64,000 nucleotides of DNA from Cetorhinus maximus (Eukaryota): the NCBI RefSeq assembly GCF_964194155.1, contig NC_135903.1:34100001-34164000 (forward strand), in the 5' to 3' direction. The position numbers were made by a program, and so were the translations under genes. This document shows, one piece after another, positions 60,617 to 64,000 of the stretch. Below the pieces are notes generated by a model. That model had not been told where the DNA came from, did no database searches, and saw only the letters and a list, made by a program, of their open reading frames with translations. Numbering within the stretch: the first letter of the stretch is position 1; each line of letters begins with the position of its first letter.

Positions 60617-63600
60617 AAAAATTCCAGTAGTAGAGACTAAATTAATTTATTTAAATTACCTCCTATTTATAAAAATAATTATATCTTATTGTATTTTATT
60701 GTATTGCTGAGATGACACTTTGATGCTTGGTGGCCGATGGAGAGCAAAGAATATCTTGATGCCACTTTATATTTGATTATTTGTTTCAATTTATTGATAG
60801 TTCTCGCTCTGATATTTTTCTGTGTTGAAATGTTAAATGTTTCACGAGGGGAAAAATCTGAGGAAAAATGCTATTTCTGTCCCTCCCTTTATTGGCTTGC
60901 AGCGGCTACAATAACAGTTGTTAAGCACCTGATTCCAGTAGTTGGTTTTCCAGCGTAGATTCTCTGAACTGGCCCACGTAGCTGGCTACTAATGCTCCTT
61001 ATCTTATCTGCATTGAGTTAAATTGACTGCCATGATGCCTTTCTGCAATAGATGTTACGGTTTTTAAGGTGTAAAATCAAAAATGAAAAGAAGGAACTGA
61101 AGATTTTTCAATGACAAGTTTTATACAGATTGAAAAGATAATAAGTTATTTTAGAGTCCTCACTTTTTAAAGAAGTATTATATTTTATGCATACAGAATG
61201 CAAAGTATCATTAATTATAAAGTTCTGTCAGCTTGGCTCAATGCTGGCACTCTGAGGCAGAAAGTGGTAGGTTCAAACCCCACTCCAAAGGTTTAATTTC
61301 CATTGAGCTTTGTGAAGCTCCTTAATCCAACTGCTGGACTTCCAGTGACAATTCTGCACTGGAAATGGTCTGGCCATTCCACAACTCTGGTTTCCAGGTT
61401 ACTCTCAGGCTCAAGGGTGGGGTTGCAGCCCAATGACCACTGACCTTATTCCTGTTCCACAGTAACCTTTACATTTCTGCTCTCCAAAAGGTCAACACTG
61501 CAACTAATTCCACGTCATTTTAATGTATTGATATTTATCATTGTGATGCCTTTGTGTAATGAATTGCTACAGTTTTATACAATGTGTGAAGTGAGTTCAA
61601 AAACAAACGTTAATTTATTGATATTTAAGATTTGAGAAATAAGTATTTTTTTTTATAAAACTGAAAACTGTTTACATTGAATGAAAGCATGTTTGTGCAA
61701 ATAAATTATTTTTAATATTACATATTGACTGGAGTAATATTTATTTCTCATTTGTGCCCATTGGTCTTCTGCCAATACAAATGTTCCTTCAGCACTCTAT
61801 TTTCCTCACGCCAACTTCTGATATTCTCTCACCAGACAAAACATGTGAATCGCTTTGAGCCCAATGGGTCCAATTTCCTATCTCCTAGACAGGACGACTC
61901 TTTTGGTCTTCTAGTATTCAACTCTGTATTCTCCCTCTGAATGAGAGGATTATATTTGAGGGGTTAAACAGAAAAGAAGGAGAAAACTGGGGACATTAAG
62001 TGGAATGGGACATTCAAGCACAACATGTTATTTACAGGCTCATGCTGACTGTCTCTAATGAGCCCATGTCTTTACAACTGTTTATCCTGCGATTTGAACC
62101 ACAACTGAAGTAATGCTACAAGTGCTATCATTTGTGCCACCCTGAAATTTGTTAGCACAATACTTATTTCAAAAAGTTATTGAAAATTATGGTTTATTTC
62201 CTCTCTCTCTTCTCCTGCCACACTCATGATGTTGGATTGCAAACCATCTGAGCCTACTGAATTTTCTACTTCCAGTCACATTCACAAAATAATCCTCCCT
62301 TCCCGTCTATTCCATTGTTGCTCGTTTCAGCCTATCTTTTGATCATTCCATTCTATCCATTCCATGGGTTCACCTTTCACCTTGCTTTGTAAAAGCTGAG
62401 GTATGATACTGACCTTTGCCATTTAATCACACTTAAGTACAAATTGTCCTCATTCATCCTCAAATGGTCCCAGTGTTTCACTGGCTAATGTTTTACTTAT
62501 TATTAGCAAATGTCCCCTGCCTTTGTCCACATTCAATTGATAAATAACATTTTGTTGTATCTACAAGACGGAGAGACTTCAGAAACATGTTCTACAGAAT
62601 CTCATCAGTGCTTAAAATAAGTCTTTGAAATTATAGGGTTAGTAATCCTGCCTTAGATTGCGAGTTTGCAGGGTTCAAATCCACTTGACAGTCACAGTGC
62701 AGACTGAACCTTTAGATTTGATTTCTAGGTTGTCATCCAGCCATTTTTTGTGCCCAATGATTAAGATTCTCAGCTCCCAATTGTCTTGGCTGGGGGGTTG
62801 CGTAAAACCTTGCTGTTGTACAGGACCCTTTGAAATCAGCCTTTCAACTGGCATAAACATGGTTATGGCCAAGAAACTAATGTACAAGTGAGGACAGTTA
62901 ATCAGCATGTGAGTCCTTCCTTTATTCCACACTATTCTCCACAGGTGGGGAATATGAAGTCATTTTGTGTTTAGTAACTAGATTAATGCCAGGTGGTCCA
63001 GCTGCTTTTATACTTATTTGGCCTTTTCGCAGTGGTTACTTACAGCTATGTGTCTTATTAGGCCATTCTAGAGGACACTTAATGTTCAACCACAATGCTA
63101 TTGGTTCAGGGTCACATGTAGGCCAGACTGGGTAAGGACTGCAGAATGCCTGATGCTGCCGAACAGTTATGTTTTCTTCAGAGAAAGATGTTATAAATAT
63201 GTTTGCAATGTTGGCACACATGGTGGCTCACAATTTTTTTCTCACTGGTGTGACGTGTTGTGTATTAAATATTACCGCTGAAATTACTGAAATTGGATGT
63301 TTATTATTTTGTAGAATTTTCTGTAACCAAGATAAGATATTATGCCATTATAAGAGTTAATATTTCCAGTGAAAGGCTATGAAATGATCTGATAATGACC
63401 TGTGCACATGTCGATCATGCATGAGAGAATATGCTAAACCTAAAGAGAAACCAAGTTGGATATAAGGGGATTCTGAAAAAGCGGAAGTGTGCGGAAAGGG
63501 TTGCTTAGGTAAAGTACATTTATATTTTCTAAGATGTAAATAGGTTGAGTTTAAACTGAGAGAAAGAAAGCATGCAACAAGAGGAGAAATACGACAAGAA

Positions 63601-63879
63601 GATGAGGATTTTTTTTTAATGCAGCAAGTTGTTATAACCTGGAATTCACTGAGGAGTTGAGGATTCCCAGGACAACACCCTCCCGACTGTATACCACTGT
63701 GCTACCACTTCTGCTGGGGTGATGGTGGTGTCTGGAATGTTGTGTGTAAGGTATGTTTCTGTGCCACCATTCCACACTACCCTTATGCATTTTTCAGAGT
63801 TGATTTATTGAGAGACATTCACTAAAGTTCACTGTTTCACTCAGTGTTACATTGGTTGAGCAGAAGCAAATTAAAAGAG

Positions 63880-63925
63880 CAGGGAAAACAACATTGAAAC
63901 TGAAAGGATAGAAAGGGAACCACAT
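63880..63925 (+). promoter_or_regulatory. IRF-E/ISRE-like GAAA cluster
   Basis: GGGAAAAC...GAAACTGAAAGGATAGAAAGGGAAC; GAAACTGAAAG at 63896-63906 fits GAAANNGAAA. Confidence 0.3.
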
Positions 63926-64000
63926 AGGTGTATCTCAACATTGTTGAAAGCATAAAATTCATGGAATCATAAAATATCACAACACAGAAGGCCTATCTGC

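Noticed and set aside
1-64000. CRISPR arrays, operons or other prokaryotic systems
   Set aside because: No regularly spaced short repeats; spliceosomal introns and vertebrate LINE/SINE content show this is eukaryotic DNA.

Overview
Vertebrate non-mammalian genomic DNA. It is probably from a cartilaginous fish (shark), inferred from the CR1/L2/Penelope/SINE landscape and the IFN exon layout. The window is almost entirely a tandem + strand cluster of intron-containing type I interferon genes. Six loci have all four phase-0 coding exons (132/90/240/99 nt, 186 aa, signal peptide, 4 conserved Cys, CAWE motif). They fall into two subtypes, which I label A1 6200-10318, B1 22379-26678, A2 33851-37300, A3 41400-43947, A4 49971-53408 (last acceptor mutated) and B2 57500-60616. 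The most striking feature is that A1, A2 and A4 each carry two tandem promoter plus signal-peptide first exons. A distal exon 1 sits behind a near-invariant CpG-rich module (P1) with NF-kB, IRF and CRE motifs. A proximal exon 1 sits behind a diverged paralogous module (P2) that keeps only one of those IRF sites. Both exons have intact, frame-compatible donors for the shared exons 2-4. There is also evidence for exon-restricted gene conversion, a promoter-swap chimera (A3), a deleted-gene remnant fused to the B1 3' flank, a Penelope insertion with a hammerhead-like motif, and an ~8 kb nested CR1 stack. Gene labels are mine. All splicing and expression statements are predictions from sequence only.
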